The position numbers and the translations under genes are program-made. A model generated the notes under the pieces. It did no database searches and was not told where the DNA came from. It saw only the letters and a program-made list of their open reading frames with translations. 57,613 nt of DNA from Oscillospiraceae bacterium (lineage in GTDB: Bacteria > Bacillota > Clostridia > Oscillospirales > Oscillospiraceae), in the NCBI GenBank assembly GCA_017519005.1, contig JAFWTG010000060.1, positions 1 through 57,613 of the forward strand, given 5' to 3'. Positions within the stretch are counted from its first letter, which is position 1. Each line of letters opens with the position of its first letter. Below, in pieces: positions 1-8,559 of the stretch.

Positions 1-742
1 GACGCTTGACCGCGATGGGGTACTCGGCACGGACGTAGATATAGCCCTGGCTGGCGCCGATGGTATAGCCGGCGATGGTCATGGCTTCCAGAACGGCGTG
101 GGGGTCGCCTTCAAGGACGGAGCGGTCCATGAAAGCGCCGGGGTCGCCTACGTCGGCGTTGCAGCAGACGTACTTCTGGTCGTTGTCATAAGCTCTGGCG
201 AACTTCCACTTGAGGCCCGTGGGGAAGCCGGCGCCGCCGCGGCCGCGGAGGCCGGAGTCCAGCAGGGTCTGAATGACGTCGTCGGGGGTCATCTCGGTGA
301 GGACCTTGCCCAGGGCCATGTAGCCGTCGCGGGCAATGTACTCGTCGATGTTCTCGGGGTTGATGACGCCGCAGTTGCGCAGGGCAACACGGAGCTGGGA
401 CTTATAGAAGTTGGTGTCGTTGAGGGAGACGTTGGTGCCGGGCTCGGTGATCTCGGCGCCTTCCTTGTACTCCAGGCGGGTCACGATACGGCCCTTGAGC
501 AGGTGCTCCTCGACGATCTCGGGGACGTCCTCGGGGGTCACGCGGGAGTAGAAGGTGCCCTCGGGGTAGACGATCATAACGGGACCCAGGGCGCAGAGGC
601 CGAAGCAGCCGGTCTGCACGATCTTGATCTCATTCTCCAGGCCCTTGGCCTTCAGCTCTTCCGCCAGCCGCTCCCGGACGTGGACAGAGCCGGAGGAGGT
701 ACAGCCGGTGCCTCCGCAAATCAGTACATGAGAACGATACAT
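1..742 (-). CDS. NuoF-like NADH/FMN-binding subunit of bifurcating [FeFe]-hydrogenase (HydB-type), N-terminal part; 3' end lies beyond the window start
   Basis: The minus-strand ATG at 740-742 is preceded by AAGGAGGAA. Translation reads MYRSHVLICGGTGCTSSGS... and later DVIQTLLDSGLRGRGGAGFPTGLKWKF, the NuoF/51-kDa family signature. The frame stays open to position 1. The plus ORF 98..1837 is its antisense shadow. Confidence 0.85.
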   Translation of the reverse strand, partial: MYRSHVLICGGTGCTSSGSVHVRERLAEELKAKGLENEIKIVQTGCFGLCALGPVMIVYPEGTFYSRVTPEDVPEIVEEHLLKGRIVTRLEYKEGAEITEPGTNVSLNDTNFYKSQLRVALRNCGVINPENIDEYIARDGYMALGKVLTEMTPDDVIQTLLDSGLRGRGGAGFPTGLKWKFARAYDNDQKYVCCNADVGDPGAFMDRSVLEGDPHAVLEAMTIAGYTIGASQGYIYVRAEYPIAVKR

Positions 743-754
743 AGCTGTTCCTCC

Positions 755-1126
755 TTACTTCTCAGCAGCGCCGATGGTGTACTCGGTGATGACGTGACCG
801 TTCTTCAGATGCTCCTCGGCCACGCGGCGCGCCTTCTCGGCGGTCATCTTGACGTAGGTGACCTTCTCCTTGTCGGCCTCATAGACCTCGACGATGGGCT
901 CGTAACGGCACAGGCCGATGCAGCCGGTCTGGGTGACGGTGACCTTTTCGCCAAGGTCGAGCTTCGCGACCTCCTCCACCAGGGCAGACAGCACGGGTCT
1001 GGCGCCGGCGGCAATGCCGCAGGTGGCCATGCCGACCACGGCGCGGATGCTGCCGCTGCCGGAGCGCATGGTCACGTTGTCCTTCATGCGTTCACGAATT
1101 GCTTGAAGTTCCGCCAAAGTTTTCAT
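755..1126 (-). CDS. thioredoxin-like (2Fe-2S) ferredoxin (HndB-like)
   Basis: Inner start MKTLAELQAIRERMK. The motifs MATCGIAAGA and TGCIGLCRYEPIV are typical of small 2Fe-2S proteins in NuoEF-type hydrogenase operons. The TAA stop is at 755-757. Confidence 0.8.
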   Translation of the reverse strand: MKTLAELQAIRERMKDNVTMRSGSGSIRAVVGMATCGIAAGARPVLSALVEEVAKLDLGEKVTVTQTGCIGLCRYEPIVEVYEADKEKVTYVKMTAEKARRVAEEHLKNGHVITEYTIGAAEK

Positions 1127-1243
1127 AGTACGTTCCTTTCTTATGATAATATTTACGAATTCTTGTTCGCTGTAGCGCCGGCAATCTGCCGGCAATTGCT
1201 CACTGTGTCGTGCCTGGCCGGCAGATTGCCGGCGCTACAAGGG

Positions 1244-1786
1244 TCATTGCTGTTCCGCTTCAAACTGCAGGGCGTCCTGCATCCACATCAGAACGTCGGG
1301 CAGGTCCAGCGGGACCTCGGGGCCGAGCACGCTGCGCACCTCGGCGGTGTCCAGCGTAACCGACTGCCCGTCCTCGCGGTTGTAGACGAAAAGGAAGTCG
1401 ATCTCCGGGCTGCCCTGGATCAGGGTGACGACGGAGCCCGCGTAATCGCCCACGGGAACGCAGTCCAGGTGGTCGATCCGGAAGGTGGCCCGCACCGTGG
1501 TCCCGGTGGGAGGCTCGACGGAGGACTCGATGAAGAGGTCCCCGCCGGTCTGCTGCGCCGCCAGCTTCAGAAGCGGCAGGCCCATACCCACGGGCCGGGT
1601 GGTCCGGGTGGTGGTAAAGGGGTCCGTTACGGTCGCCACGAATTCGGGGGGCATCCCGCAGCCGTTGTCGATGATGGACAGGGTGCGCCAGCCGTCGGCC
1701 TCGTCGATGCGGATGACGATCCGCGTCGCCCCGGCCTTGACCGAATTCTTGGCCACGTCCAGAATGTTCAGGGACAGCTCTTTCAT
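1244..1786 (-). CDS. GHKL (histidine-kinase-like) ATPase domain protein
   Basis: N-box-like LNILDVAKNSVKAGA, G1 IIDNGCGMP and G2 GMGLPLLK are present. The start overlaps the stop of the upstream PHP gene. Confidence 0.75.
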   Translation of the reverse strand: MKELSLNILDVAKNSVKAGATRIVIRIDEADGWRTLSIIDNGCGMPPEFVATVTDPFTTTRTTRPVGMGLPLLKLAAQQTGGDLFIESSVEPPTGTTVRATFRIDHLDCVPVGDYAGSVVTLIQGSPEIDFLFVYNREDGQSVTLDTAEVRSVLGPEVPLDLPDVLMWMQDALQFEAEQQ

Positions 1787-2523
1787 CAGACCATACCCTC
1801 CCGCAGCATGGAAATCAACGAATCTCTCACCTTCTGAGAGGAATAGGGCTCGTCGTCCAGCTCAAGCCATTGGCTGGCGTCGCGCATGCTCTCCAGGCGG
1901 TGGGCGTCGGAGGAGCAGAGCAGCCGCCGGCCCTCCAGGCCGTACTGCTTCGCGTAGCTCTCCCGGTTTTCCGGATCGTTCAGCTCCAGCGTGGGGAAAA
2001 AGGGCTTCTCGGGCAGAGCGCCCAGGATGCCGATGATCCCGTTGGAGGGCCGGTCAATGTGGGCCGGGAAGGCCGCGCCGCCGTGGGCCAGGGCCAGGGC
2101 CGTGCCAGCCTCCAGGTCCAGCTTCGTGGCCGGGATCAGCAGGTTGGGCTCCTCGCCCAGCACCTGATCCTCCGCGTCCATATAGAGCTGGTTGCCGAAG
2201 ACGGCGGGCTTGTTTCGGATCGGAAAGCGTTTCTCCCGCACAGCCTCGCTGAAGCCCTCCGCCGCCTCCACGGTGGGAAAGAGGCAGACCAGATGAATCT
2301 CCTCGGCGGTGGTCAGCTCCATGCCGGGGACCCCGACGATGCCGTACTGCCGGCAGGCTTGCAGAAAGGCCCGGCAGTTGCCGCAGCTGTTGTGGTCGGT
2401 GAGCGCCATGAGCTGCAGCCCGCAGAGGCTTCCCATGCCCGCGAGATTGGCGGGGGTCATATCGTCGTCCGCGCAGGGCGACAGGCAGGAGTGCATGTGC
2501 AGATCGTAGAAATACCGGCTCAT
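1786..2523 (-). CDS. PHP (polymerase/histidinol-phosphatase) domain protein
   Basis: N-terminus YFYDLHMHSCLSPCADDDM followed by LTDHNSCGN, and later SSDAH: the PHP metal-binding His/Asp pattern. Confidence 0.75.
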   Translation of the reverse strand: MSRYFYDLHMHSCLSPCADDDMTPANLAGMGSLCGLQLMALTDHNSCGNCRAFLQACRQYGIVGVPGMELTTAEEIHLVCLFPTVEAAEGFSEAVREKRFPIRNKPAVFGNQLYMDAEDQVLGEEPNLLIPATKLDLEAGTALALAHGGAAFPAHIDRPSNGIIGILGALPEKPFFPTLELNDPENRESYAKQYGLEGRRLLCSSDAHRLESMRDASQWLELDDEPYSSQKVRDSLISMLREGMV

Positions 2524-2846
2524 AGCAGGGCCGCCACCTTCGCGCAGAGCGGGAAGGCCGCCTCCGGGGAGCGATAGAGGTTGATCCCCTTCCGCTCCGC
2601 CAGCTCCGCCACGCCGGGGTCGGGCGACACGTTTTCGGCCAGAATGACCAGGGCGGCGTCCGTCAACGTGGCGACTGCTATGACGTTATTGTTGGACATG
2701 ATGGTAATCCAGGCGTCGCCGGCCTGGGCGCGTCCCATGACCCAGGAGAGCAGGTCGCCCACGTAGCCGCCCGTGACCTCCCGGTCCGGCTCGGCCTCGC
2801 AGACTGGCTCCAGACCGAGCTGCCCGGCCAATTCCCTGACTGTCAT
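2520..2846 (-). CDS. DRTGG domain protein
   Basis: Inner start MTVRELAGQLGLEPV sits at an ATGA overlap with the upstream stop. VTGGYVGDLLSWVM followed by AWITIMSNNNVIAVATL fits a DRTGG fold. The 18 Ala/Arg-rich residues upstream in the track ORF are probably not translated. Confidence 0.65.
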   Translation of the reverse strand: MTVRELAGQLGLEPVCEAEPDREVTGGYVGDLLSWVMGRAQAGDAWITIMSNNNVIAVATLTDAALVILAENVSPDPGVAELAERKGINLYRSPEAAFPLCAKVAALL

Positions 2847-4135
2847 TTGGCGCCTCCTTCCTGCTGCTCCAGCAGACGCCGCCGCAGCAGAACCACGCAA
2901 TCCTCCAGCCCGGCCTCGCCCTTCACCACGTCCTCGGCAAAGGCCCGGCAGGTGGGCGCGCCGCAGGAGCCGCAGTCAATCTGGGGCAGCTGCTTCACCA
3001 GCTCTTCGATTTGCATCATCAGGCGCATGGCCTCGAAGCGGTCCTCGGAGAGGCTGTAGGCGGGAACGTAGTCGTTGATGGGCGCGTCCAGCATGGCGTC
3101 GGGGGGAACGAAGTCCGGCCCCTGATCCTTCACGTCCAGATAGTTTCGATTGTGGGGCAGGCCGTGCCGGAAGGACATGAGCCTGGCCCTGGCAACGTAG
3201 GGATTCTCCACCGTCGCCGCGCCGCCGACGCAGCCGCCGGGACAGGCGTTGAGCTCGACGAATTCCAGATGGGGGAATTTCGCGTTCTCAATGGCGTCCA
3301 GCACCTGAATGGCGTTGTCCATCTCGTCGGCCGCCAGATAGCGGTCGTCGAAGAGGCCCTCAGCCTCGCCACCGGAGGAGGCCCACTTGACGCCGGCAAT
3401 GCCGGCCCGGGAGCGCATCATGCCGGGGTGCTGGGCCTTGGTCTTGCCGCCCAGCTTCATGTAGACCTCCGAGACGGAGACCACGTAGTCGATGCTGCTG
3501 CGGGTCTGGCTGAGCCCGTTCTTGGCGTAGCTTCGCTTGGCGGGACAGGGAGAAATGAATACGGTGCAGATTTCGTCCTTCGTCAGCTCCGGGTGGTTTT
3601 TCAGCGCCTTCGCCTTGGCGATGCGGCTGGCGTATTCCACCGGGGGCAGGATCGGCAGGACGTTGTCGCAGAGCTCCGGGAACCGCAGCCGGATGAGCCG
3701 CACGATGGCGGGACAGGCGGAGCTGATCACCGGGCGGGGAATGTTGGGCTTTCGCATATAGCGGCGAGTACACTCGGAGATGATCTCCGCCGCGCGCGCC
3801 ACCTCGTAGACCTCGTCAAAGCCCAGGTCCAGCAGGGACTCCAGCAGGCATCCGATATCGCTCAGCCCGTCGAACTGCCCGTAGAGAGCAGGGGCCGGCA
3901 GGGCGATGCGAAGCTTGTACCTGGGGTCGATGTCGCTGAGCTTGTCAAAGATGGCCTTCTTGGCCTTGTGCTGGCAGACCCGCACGCAGCGACCGCAGTC
4001 GATGCAGAAGTTGGTGCGGATTACCGCGTGGCCGTTGCGAATTCGGATGGCCTCGGTGGGGCAGTGGCGCAGACAGGAGGTGCAGCCGATACACTTGTCG
4101 GCGTCCAACGACACCGAATGAAGAAAATCAGACAC
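2843..4135 (-). CDS. HydS-like putative sensory [FeFe]-hydrogenase (ferredoxin-like N-terminus, H-cluster domain, C-terminal 4-Cys motif)
   Basis: Two CxxCxxCxxxCP motifs are present (CIGCTSCLRHCP, CIDCGRCVRVCQ). H-cluster-type motifs are SSACP, SPCPAKRS and NACPGGCVGG. The C-terminal motif is CGSCGAPTCRAF. Confidence 0.7.
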   Translation of the reverse strand: MSDFLHSVSLDADKCIGCTSCLRHCPTEAIRIRNGHAVIRTNFCIDCGRCVRVCQHKAKKAIFDKLSDIDPRYKLRIALPAPALYGQFDGLSDIGCLLESLLDLGFDEVYEVARAAEIISECTRRYMRKPNIPRPVISSACPAIVRLIRLRFPELCDNVLPILPPVEYASRIAKAKALKNHPELTKDEICTVFISPCPAKRSYAKNGLSQTRSSIDYVVSVSEVYMKLGGKTKAQHPGMMRSRAGIAGVKWASSGGEAEGLFDDRYLAADEMDNAIQVLDAIENAKFPHLEFVELNACPGGCVGGAATVENPYVARARLMSFRHGLPHNRNYLDVKDQGPDFVPPDAMLDAPINDYVPAYSLSEDRFEAMRLMMQIEELVKQLPQIDCGSCGAPTCRAFAEDVVKGEAGLEDCVVLLRRRLLEQQEGGAK

Positions 4136-4154
4136 GCGTTCCCTCCCTTCCGAG

Positions 4155-4574
4155 TCACACGCTCACAACCATGGTGAGCTTGGTGCCTACGCCGACCTTC
4201 GTCTCGATCTCAAGACTCTGCGTATAGCGTTTCATGTTGGGCAGACCCATGCCGGCGCCGAAGCCCATGTTCCGGATCTGCTCCGTGGAGGTGGAATAGC
4301 CTTCCTGCATAGCCAGCTCCACGTTGGGGATCCCGGGGCCGTGGTCCTCGAGAACCATGACGACCTTGTCGGGATAGACGTCAACGTCGGCGCTGCCGCC
4401 GTTGGCGTGGATGACCATGTTGATCTCACCCTCGTACATCGCGATGGAACAGCGGCGGATGACGTCGGAGGGAAATCCGAGCTGCCGCAGCTTCTTTTTC
4501 ATCTCCACGGAGGCCTCGCCTGCGGAGGAGAAGTCTTCCCCGTCGATGTCGAAGTGAAAATGCAGCGCGGCCAT
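4155..4574 (-). CDS. anti-sigma-factor-type Ser/Thr kinase-like GHKL protein
   Basis: MYEGEINMVIHANGG, LEDHGPGIP and GFGAGMGLPNMKR form an RsbW/SpoIIAB-like GHKL pattern. Confidence 0.7.
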   Translation of the reverse strand: MAALHFHFDIDGEDFSSAGEASVEMKKKLRQLGFPSDVIRRCSIAMYEGEINMVIHANGGSADVDVYPDKVVMVLEDHGPGIPNVELAMQEGYSTSTEQIRNMGFGAGMGLPNMKRYTQSLEIETKVGVGTKLTMVVSV

Positions 4575-4578
4575 GGCT

Positions 4579-4929
4579 TTAATCCTCGTCCGCGTTCAGG
4601 CGGCCCGTGTCGTAGAGGGCGCCCGCGGCGCGGAACATGGATTCGGTCGTCACCATGACAACGATATCGTTGGCGTCGGCCAGAGAGACGATCTCGGGGG
4701 TCGGCTCCTTGCCGTGGATGAAGACGATGCAGTGCATGTCCAGCATCATGGCCGTGCGCACCACCTGGGGATTGAGAAGCCCGGTGATCAGCACGGACTG
4801 ATTGGTGGCAAAGGCCAGCACGTCGCTCATCATGTCGCAGCAGAAAGCGTTCTGCACCTCGGTGTCCAACATGTCCTCACTGGAGAGGACCTGGGCGTAG
4901 AGCAGCTCCGCGATCTCCCGAAGTTTCAT
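4579..4929 (-). CDS. DRTGG domain protein
   Basis: CCDMMSDVLAFATNQSVLITGLLNPQVVRTAMMLD is a paralogue-like pattern to 2520-2846. Confidence 0.65.
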   Translation of the reverse strand: MKLREIAELLYAQVLSSEDMLDTEVQNAFCCDMMSDVLAFATNQSVLITGLLNPQVVRTAMMLDMHCIVFIHGKEPTPEIVSLADANDIVVMVTTESMFRAAGALYDTGRLNADED

Positions 4930-4955
4930 AGGCTACCTCCGTTGTGTGGAAAGAC

Positions 4956-5447
4956 TCAATACTTGCCGAGAATGCCCTCGATCTGGTCGGGTGTCAGGCG
5001 GCCGTAAACATCGTCGTTGATCATCATAACAGGAGCAAGGCCGCAGGCGCCGACGCAGCGGCAGGCCTCCAGGGAGAACTTGCCGTCGGGGGTGCACTGG
5101 CCTTCCTTCAGCCCGGTGACCTGACAGATCTTGTCGAACACGGCCTGAGCGCCCTTGACGTAGCAGGCGGTGCCAAGGCAGACGGAAATCCGATACTCAC
5201 CCTTGGGCGCCAGCGCAAACTGCGCGTAGAACGTGGCGATGCCGTAAATCTTCTCCAGAGGAACGTTCATCTGGTCGGCGATGATGGTCTGGACCTCGAT
5301 GGGCAGATAGCCATAGATGTCCTGGGCTCTTTGCATGATGGGCATGAGCGCGCCCGGGGTGTCCCGCAGCTCGTCGATCACGGCCAGCAGCTTCTCTTCT
5401 TGTTCCTTCGTGCCACGGAAGGGAACGGTCGTTACTTTACAAGCCAT
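4956..5447 (-). CDS. NuoE-like 24-kDa-type 2Fe-2S subunit (HydC-type)
   Basis: Inner start MACKVTTVPFRG. IATFYAQF, VCLGTACYVKG and EACRCVGACGLAPV give the NuoE Cys pattern. The upstream part of the 202-aa track ORF lies in AT-rich promoter sequence. Confidence 0.85.
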   Translation of the reverse strand: MACKVTTVPFRGTKEQEEKLLAVIDELRDTPGALMPIMQRAQDIYGYLPIEVQTIIADQMNVPLEKIYGIATFYAQFALAPKGEYRISVCLGTACYVKGAQAVFDKICQVTGLKEGQCTPDGKFSLEACRCVGACGLAPVMMINDDVYGRLTPDQIEGILGKY

Positions 5448-5579
5448 TTGTTGCAACTTACCTCCTAATCGTAGTTTGCAAAAGGTGATACAGGTCGCAG
5501 AGGACCATAGTACAATATGTATTGTAACAGATTTGTGCATAATTGTAAAGCGGAAAATGGACATTTTTTATGAAAGATG

Positions 5580-5608
5580 TGGAAATCCGCAAAGCGTTGT
5601 TGTATAAT
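5580..5608 (+). promoter_or_regulatory. possible sigma-70-type promoter (TGGAAA-17 nt-TATAAT)
   Basis: TATAAT lies at 5603-5608 and TGGAAA at 5580-5585, in an AT-rich divergent intergenic region upstream of the 5661 gene. Confidence 0.3.
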
Positions 5609-5660
5609 ACACGCAGAACTCCGCGAGCCCCTGACCATTCTGTTTTTGGGAGGGATTTCC

Positions 5661-6611
5661 GTGAACCGCATCATGGTTGACAACTGGTTTTTAGGCGAGG
5701 TGATCCGCTATCTGCGGGCGCCGAAGGAGAACCCGGCCCGACCCTACGCCGAGCTGCTGATGGCGCTGGTGCTCTGGGACGAGGTCTGCTTTCCGGAAAA
5801 TGAGCGCAGCGCCAGCTGGGCGGACGGCACAGAGCTGGCAGGCTGTTTGAGCCCCATCGACGACCGCGAACGGGCCTTTGACGACGCCTCCCGGGAGCTT
5901 CTGATCGGCATCATGCAGCAGGATGAGCTGCCGGACCCCTATTACCTCTGGCTCCGCGACCCGGAGCACGTCGTCAACGCTTCCGCCCTGCGCTATCTGA
6001 TGCTCAGCGCGAAGCACGGCTGCGACTATCTGCCCAGCACCCAGCGGCAGGCCTTTCTCCGGACGCATGAGAACAGCCGCTATATGAAGGGGCTGCTCGC
6101 CCGGATGCAGATGATGGGCCAGCTCGACGAGCGGGCCGACGCCTACTACCGGGAGAGCTACAAGGCCCTGCTCGATTTTTCAGAGCTGAAGCTGGAGATG
6201 CCGGTGCTGGCGGATTTCATCGTCCACAGCACGCCGGCCGGCATGACGGCGGTGGAGCACGCGATGCACCTGCGGCAGGAGGGGCCCGTGATCCGCTACC
6301 GGGCCTATCTGGAGCAGGTGGAACAGGCCCTGGAGCGCCAGGACTGGAAAACCCTGCGCAGCCTGCTGGCCGCCTCCGCCGACGCCATGGAGGAGGTCGT
6401 GGGACTGGACCGGAAGCGCCTCAGCGGCGTCACCGTAAAGCTTCTGCCCACCCCCTCCGTGCTGGTCAATTACGGACGCTTCCGGGGTGAGCTCTCCGCC
6501 TCCCCCTCCGTGAGCTTTGAGAATATTCTGGGCGCAGGCGGCAGGAAGCTCCACCTGACCTTCCTGAAGGACCTGACGGCTTATGCCGTCAACGAGCGGA
6601 AGCTGTTATAA
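5661..6611 (+). CDS. hypothetical protein, first gene of the hypothetical-NudC-SIR2 unit
   Basis: The long ORF has ordinary amino-acid composition. The GTG at 5661 lies 6 nt after GGGAGGG; alternative starts are ATG 5673 and ATG 5577. I recognise no domain. Confidence 0.6.
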   Translation: MNRIMVDNWFLGEVIRYLRAPKENPARPYAELLMALVLWDEVCFPENERSASWADGTELAGCLSPIDDRERAFDDASRELLIGIMQQDELPDPYYLWLRDPEHVVNASALRYLMLSAKHGCDYLPSTQRQAFLRTHENSRYMKGLLARMQMMGQLDERADAYYRESYKALLDFSELKLEMPVLADFIVHSTPAGMTAVEHAMHLRQEGPVIRYRAYLEQVEQALERQDWKTLRSLLAASADAMEEVVGLDRKRLSGVTVKLLPTPSVLVNYGRFRGELSASPSVSFENILGAGGRKLHLTFLKDLTAYAVNERKLL

Positions 6612-6634
6612 ATTTATATTTCAGGTGATGCGAT

Positions 6635-7465
6635 ATGTTTCAGGATTTGGACGTTCGATATGACAACGCCTTTCGGCGCGCGGCGCCGGAGGCGGCGGAT
6701 ACCGCCCTGCTCTTTCGGGAGGACGCGGTGCTGGCCCGGTCCGCGGACGGACGGCTGGGCCTCCCCGGCTTCGGCGCGCTGCCGGAGCGCCTGCGGGCCC
6801 GGCCCTGGCGCTATGCCTTTTCTCTGGGAGCGGCGCGGTTCTTCCTGGCGGACGCCGCCGACGCCGCGCCGGAGCTTCCGGGCTTCGCTTGGGTCCCCTC
6901 CAGGGAATATCGGGGCATGGGGCCCAAGGAAGCAGTCTTCGCCGCCGCCGTGGGCGAGAGCCTGCACCGCTGGTACGGCGCCAACCGCTTCTGCGGCCGC
7001 TGCGGCGCGCCCATGGCGGACAGCGAGACCGAGCGCGCCAGGGTCTGCCCGGCCTGCGGCCTGACGGTCTACCCCAAAATCTGTCCCGCCGTCATCGTAG
7101 CCGTCACCAACGGAGACCGGCTGCTGCTGACGAAGTATCAGGGCCGGGCCTTCAAGCGCTACGCCCTGGTGGCGGGCTTCAACGAGATCGGAGAATCCAT
7201 CGAGGACACGGTTCGCCGGGAGGTCCTGGAGGAGACCGGGCTGCGGGTGAAGGGGCTGCGCTTTTACAAATCCCAGCCCTGGGTCTTCACCGACAGCCTG
7301 CTGATGGGCTTTTACTGTGCGCTGGACGGCAGTGACAGGATCAAGCTTCAGGAGACGGAGCTCTCCGAGGCGAGCTGGTATCCCCGGGCGGAAATTCCGG
7401 GGGACTACTCCTCCATCAGTCTCACCGGCGAAATGATCGAGCGCTTCCGGCGCGGAGAACAATAA
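6635..7465 (+). CDS. nudC: NAD+ diphosphatase (NADH pyrophosphatase), Nudix family
   Basis: Zinc ribbon CGRCGAPMADSETERARVCPACG, Nudix box GFNEIGESIEDTVRREVLEETGL and the NudC-specific SQPWVFTDS motif are all present. Confidence 0.85.
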   Translation: MFQDLDVRYDNAFRRAAPEAADTALLFREDAVLARSADGRLGLPGFGALPERLRARPWRYAFSLGAARFFLADAADAAPELPGFAWVPSREYRGMGPKEAVFAAAVGESLHRWYGANRFCGRCGAPMADSETERARVCPACGLTVYPKICPAVIVAVTNGDRLLLTKYQGRAFKRYALVAGFNEIGESIEDTVRREVLEETGLRVKGLRFYKSQPWVFTDSLLMGFYCALDGSDRIKLQETELSEASWYPRAEIPGDYSSISLTGEMIERFRRGEQ

Positions 7466-7494
7466 GCCAAGCTCCACAAAAGGAGGGAAACGAC

Positions 7495-8463
7495 ATGAGC
7501 GTACTGCTGCTGGGAAACGGCGTCAATCAGCTGGAGGGGCTTGCCCCCGGCTGGGACGGACTGCTGAAGCAGATCGCGGCGAAGCACGGCTGCAAATCGG
7601 ACGCCAGCCTCTCCAACATTTTGGGCTACGAGATGCTGGAGCAGCAAATCCTGCGGAACGACCCCAAGGCGACGGTGCGCAGCGTCCGTCAGAGCATCGC
7701 GGACGGTGTGCAGACGAAGGCGCTGCTGGAGAAGCGGGACTGGAGCGGCAGCGTCCACGCGAAGCTGACGGCCCTGCCGGTGAACACGATTCTGACCACC
7801 AACTACGACTACGCGCTGGAGCGCTCGCTGGACGCCGGCTTCCAGCCCGTGCGCTTCAGCACGGAGACCACCTACAGCCTGCGCCGCTTCCACGACGCGG
7901 GCGGCAAGCGCGTCTTCCACGTCCACGGCGAATGCGAGAAGCCGAACTCCATCTGCCTCGGCTACGAGCACTACGCCGGGACGCTGCAGAAGATCCGCGA
8001 GCAGATCGTGCTCTCCACCGGCAAGACGATGCCGGGGAAGGGCTACAGCTTCCAGCTGGCGGACATCCTCCACGGCCTCACGGAGAAGCCCGCCGACAGC
8101 TGGATCTACGACTTCTTTCTGGAGGACGTCTATATTCTGGGTCTGAGTCTGGACGTCTCGGAGCTGGACCTCTGGTGGCTGCTCTCCTACCGCTCCAAGC
8201 AGCGCACGGCCGGGCGGCTGCCGATTGAAAACCGCGTCGTATTTCTCGACACCGGCCGCGACGAGGTCAAGGACGAGCGCCCGGACTGCGCAAGAAGCGA
8301 CTGCGGCTATCGGAAGCGCGCCCTCAACGCCCGGCGGGAGGAGCGCCGCAGGAAGCGGGCTCTGCTGGACAGCTTCGGCGTGGAATACGTCATGTGCGCC
8401 GGCGACAGCTTCCCCGCCCAGTACGACGACGCCCTCCGCCGCCTGAAGAAGCTCTGCCTTTAA
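7495..8463 (+). CDS. SIR2-like (SIR2_2 family) domain protein, stand-alone
   Basis: LLLGNGVNQLEGLAPGWDGLL, ILTTNYDYALERS, VFHVHGE and VYILGLSLDVSELDLWWLL reproduce the SIR2_2 motif order. The RBS is AAAGGAGGG. The gene starts 29 nt after nudC. Confidence 0.75.
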   Translation: MSVLLLGNGVNQLEGLAPGWDGLLKQIAAKHGCKSDASLSNILGYEMLEQQILRNDPKATVRSVRQSIADGVQTKALLEKRDWSGSVHAKLTALPVNTILTTNYDYALERSLDAGFQPVRFSTETTYSLRRFHDAGGKRVFHVHGECEKPNSICLGYEHYAGTLQKIREQIVLSTGKTMPGKGYSFQLADILHGLTEKPADSWIYDFFLEDVYILGLSLDVSELDLWWLLSYRSKQRTAGRLPIENRVVFLDTGRDEVKDERPDCARSDCGYRKRALNARREERRRKRALLDSFGVEYVMCAGDSFPAQYDDALRRLKKLCL

Positions 8464-8485
8464 CCGGTATCATAAAGACAGTTTG

Positions 8486-8515
8486 CCCCGCGGCAGCCTG
8501 CCGGCTGCCGCGGGG
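8486..8515. terminator. GC-rich hairpin between convergent genes (possible bidirectional terminator)
   Basis: CCCCGCGGCAGC (8486-8497) and GCTGCCGCGGGG (8504-8515) form a perfect 12-bp stem with a 6-nt loop. The flanking U-tracts are weak. Confidence 0.45.
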
Positions 8516-8559
8516 CATTCGTATCGAAACAGATCAAAACGCTGACGGCGGGCGTCGGA

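Noticed and set aside
98-1837. 579-aa plus-strand ORF across the start of the window
   Set aside because: It has a Gly/Ala/Val/Leu/Asp-rich low-information composition. It lies antisense to four well-supported minus-strand genes (NuoF-like, ferredoxin, GHKL ATPase) and is a typical high-GC shadow ORF.
4155-4574. The RsbW-like kinase of the hydrogenase operon as the missing partner-switching kinase for the STAS protein at 47747
   Set aside because: It lies about 43 kb away, is translationally coupled within a different conserved operon, and has its own DRTGG partners. Nothing in the sequence links the two.
5511-5526. Palindrome TACAATATGTATTGTA upstream of the hydrogenase operon as a Rex operator
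   Set aside because: Hydrogenase operons in Clostridia are often Rex-controlled. However, this sequence and the nearby TTGTAACAG...TTGTGCAT do not match the TTGTGAA-N6-TTCACAA-type consensus well enough. It could equally be promoter -10-like sequence, so it is left unassigned.
5577-5660. ATG at 5577 as the start of the 5661 gene
   Set aside because: The first 28 codons lie in the AT-rich promoter region, overlap the putative -10 box and lack an RBS. The GTG at 5661 follows GGGAGGG at proper spacing, although ATG 5673 cannot be excluded.
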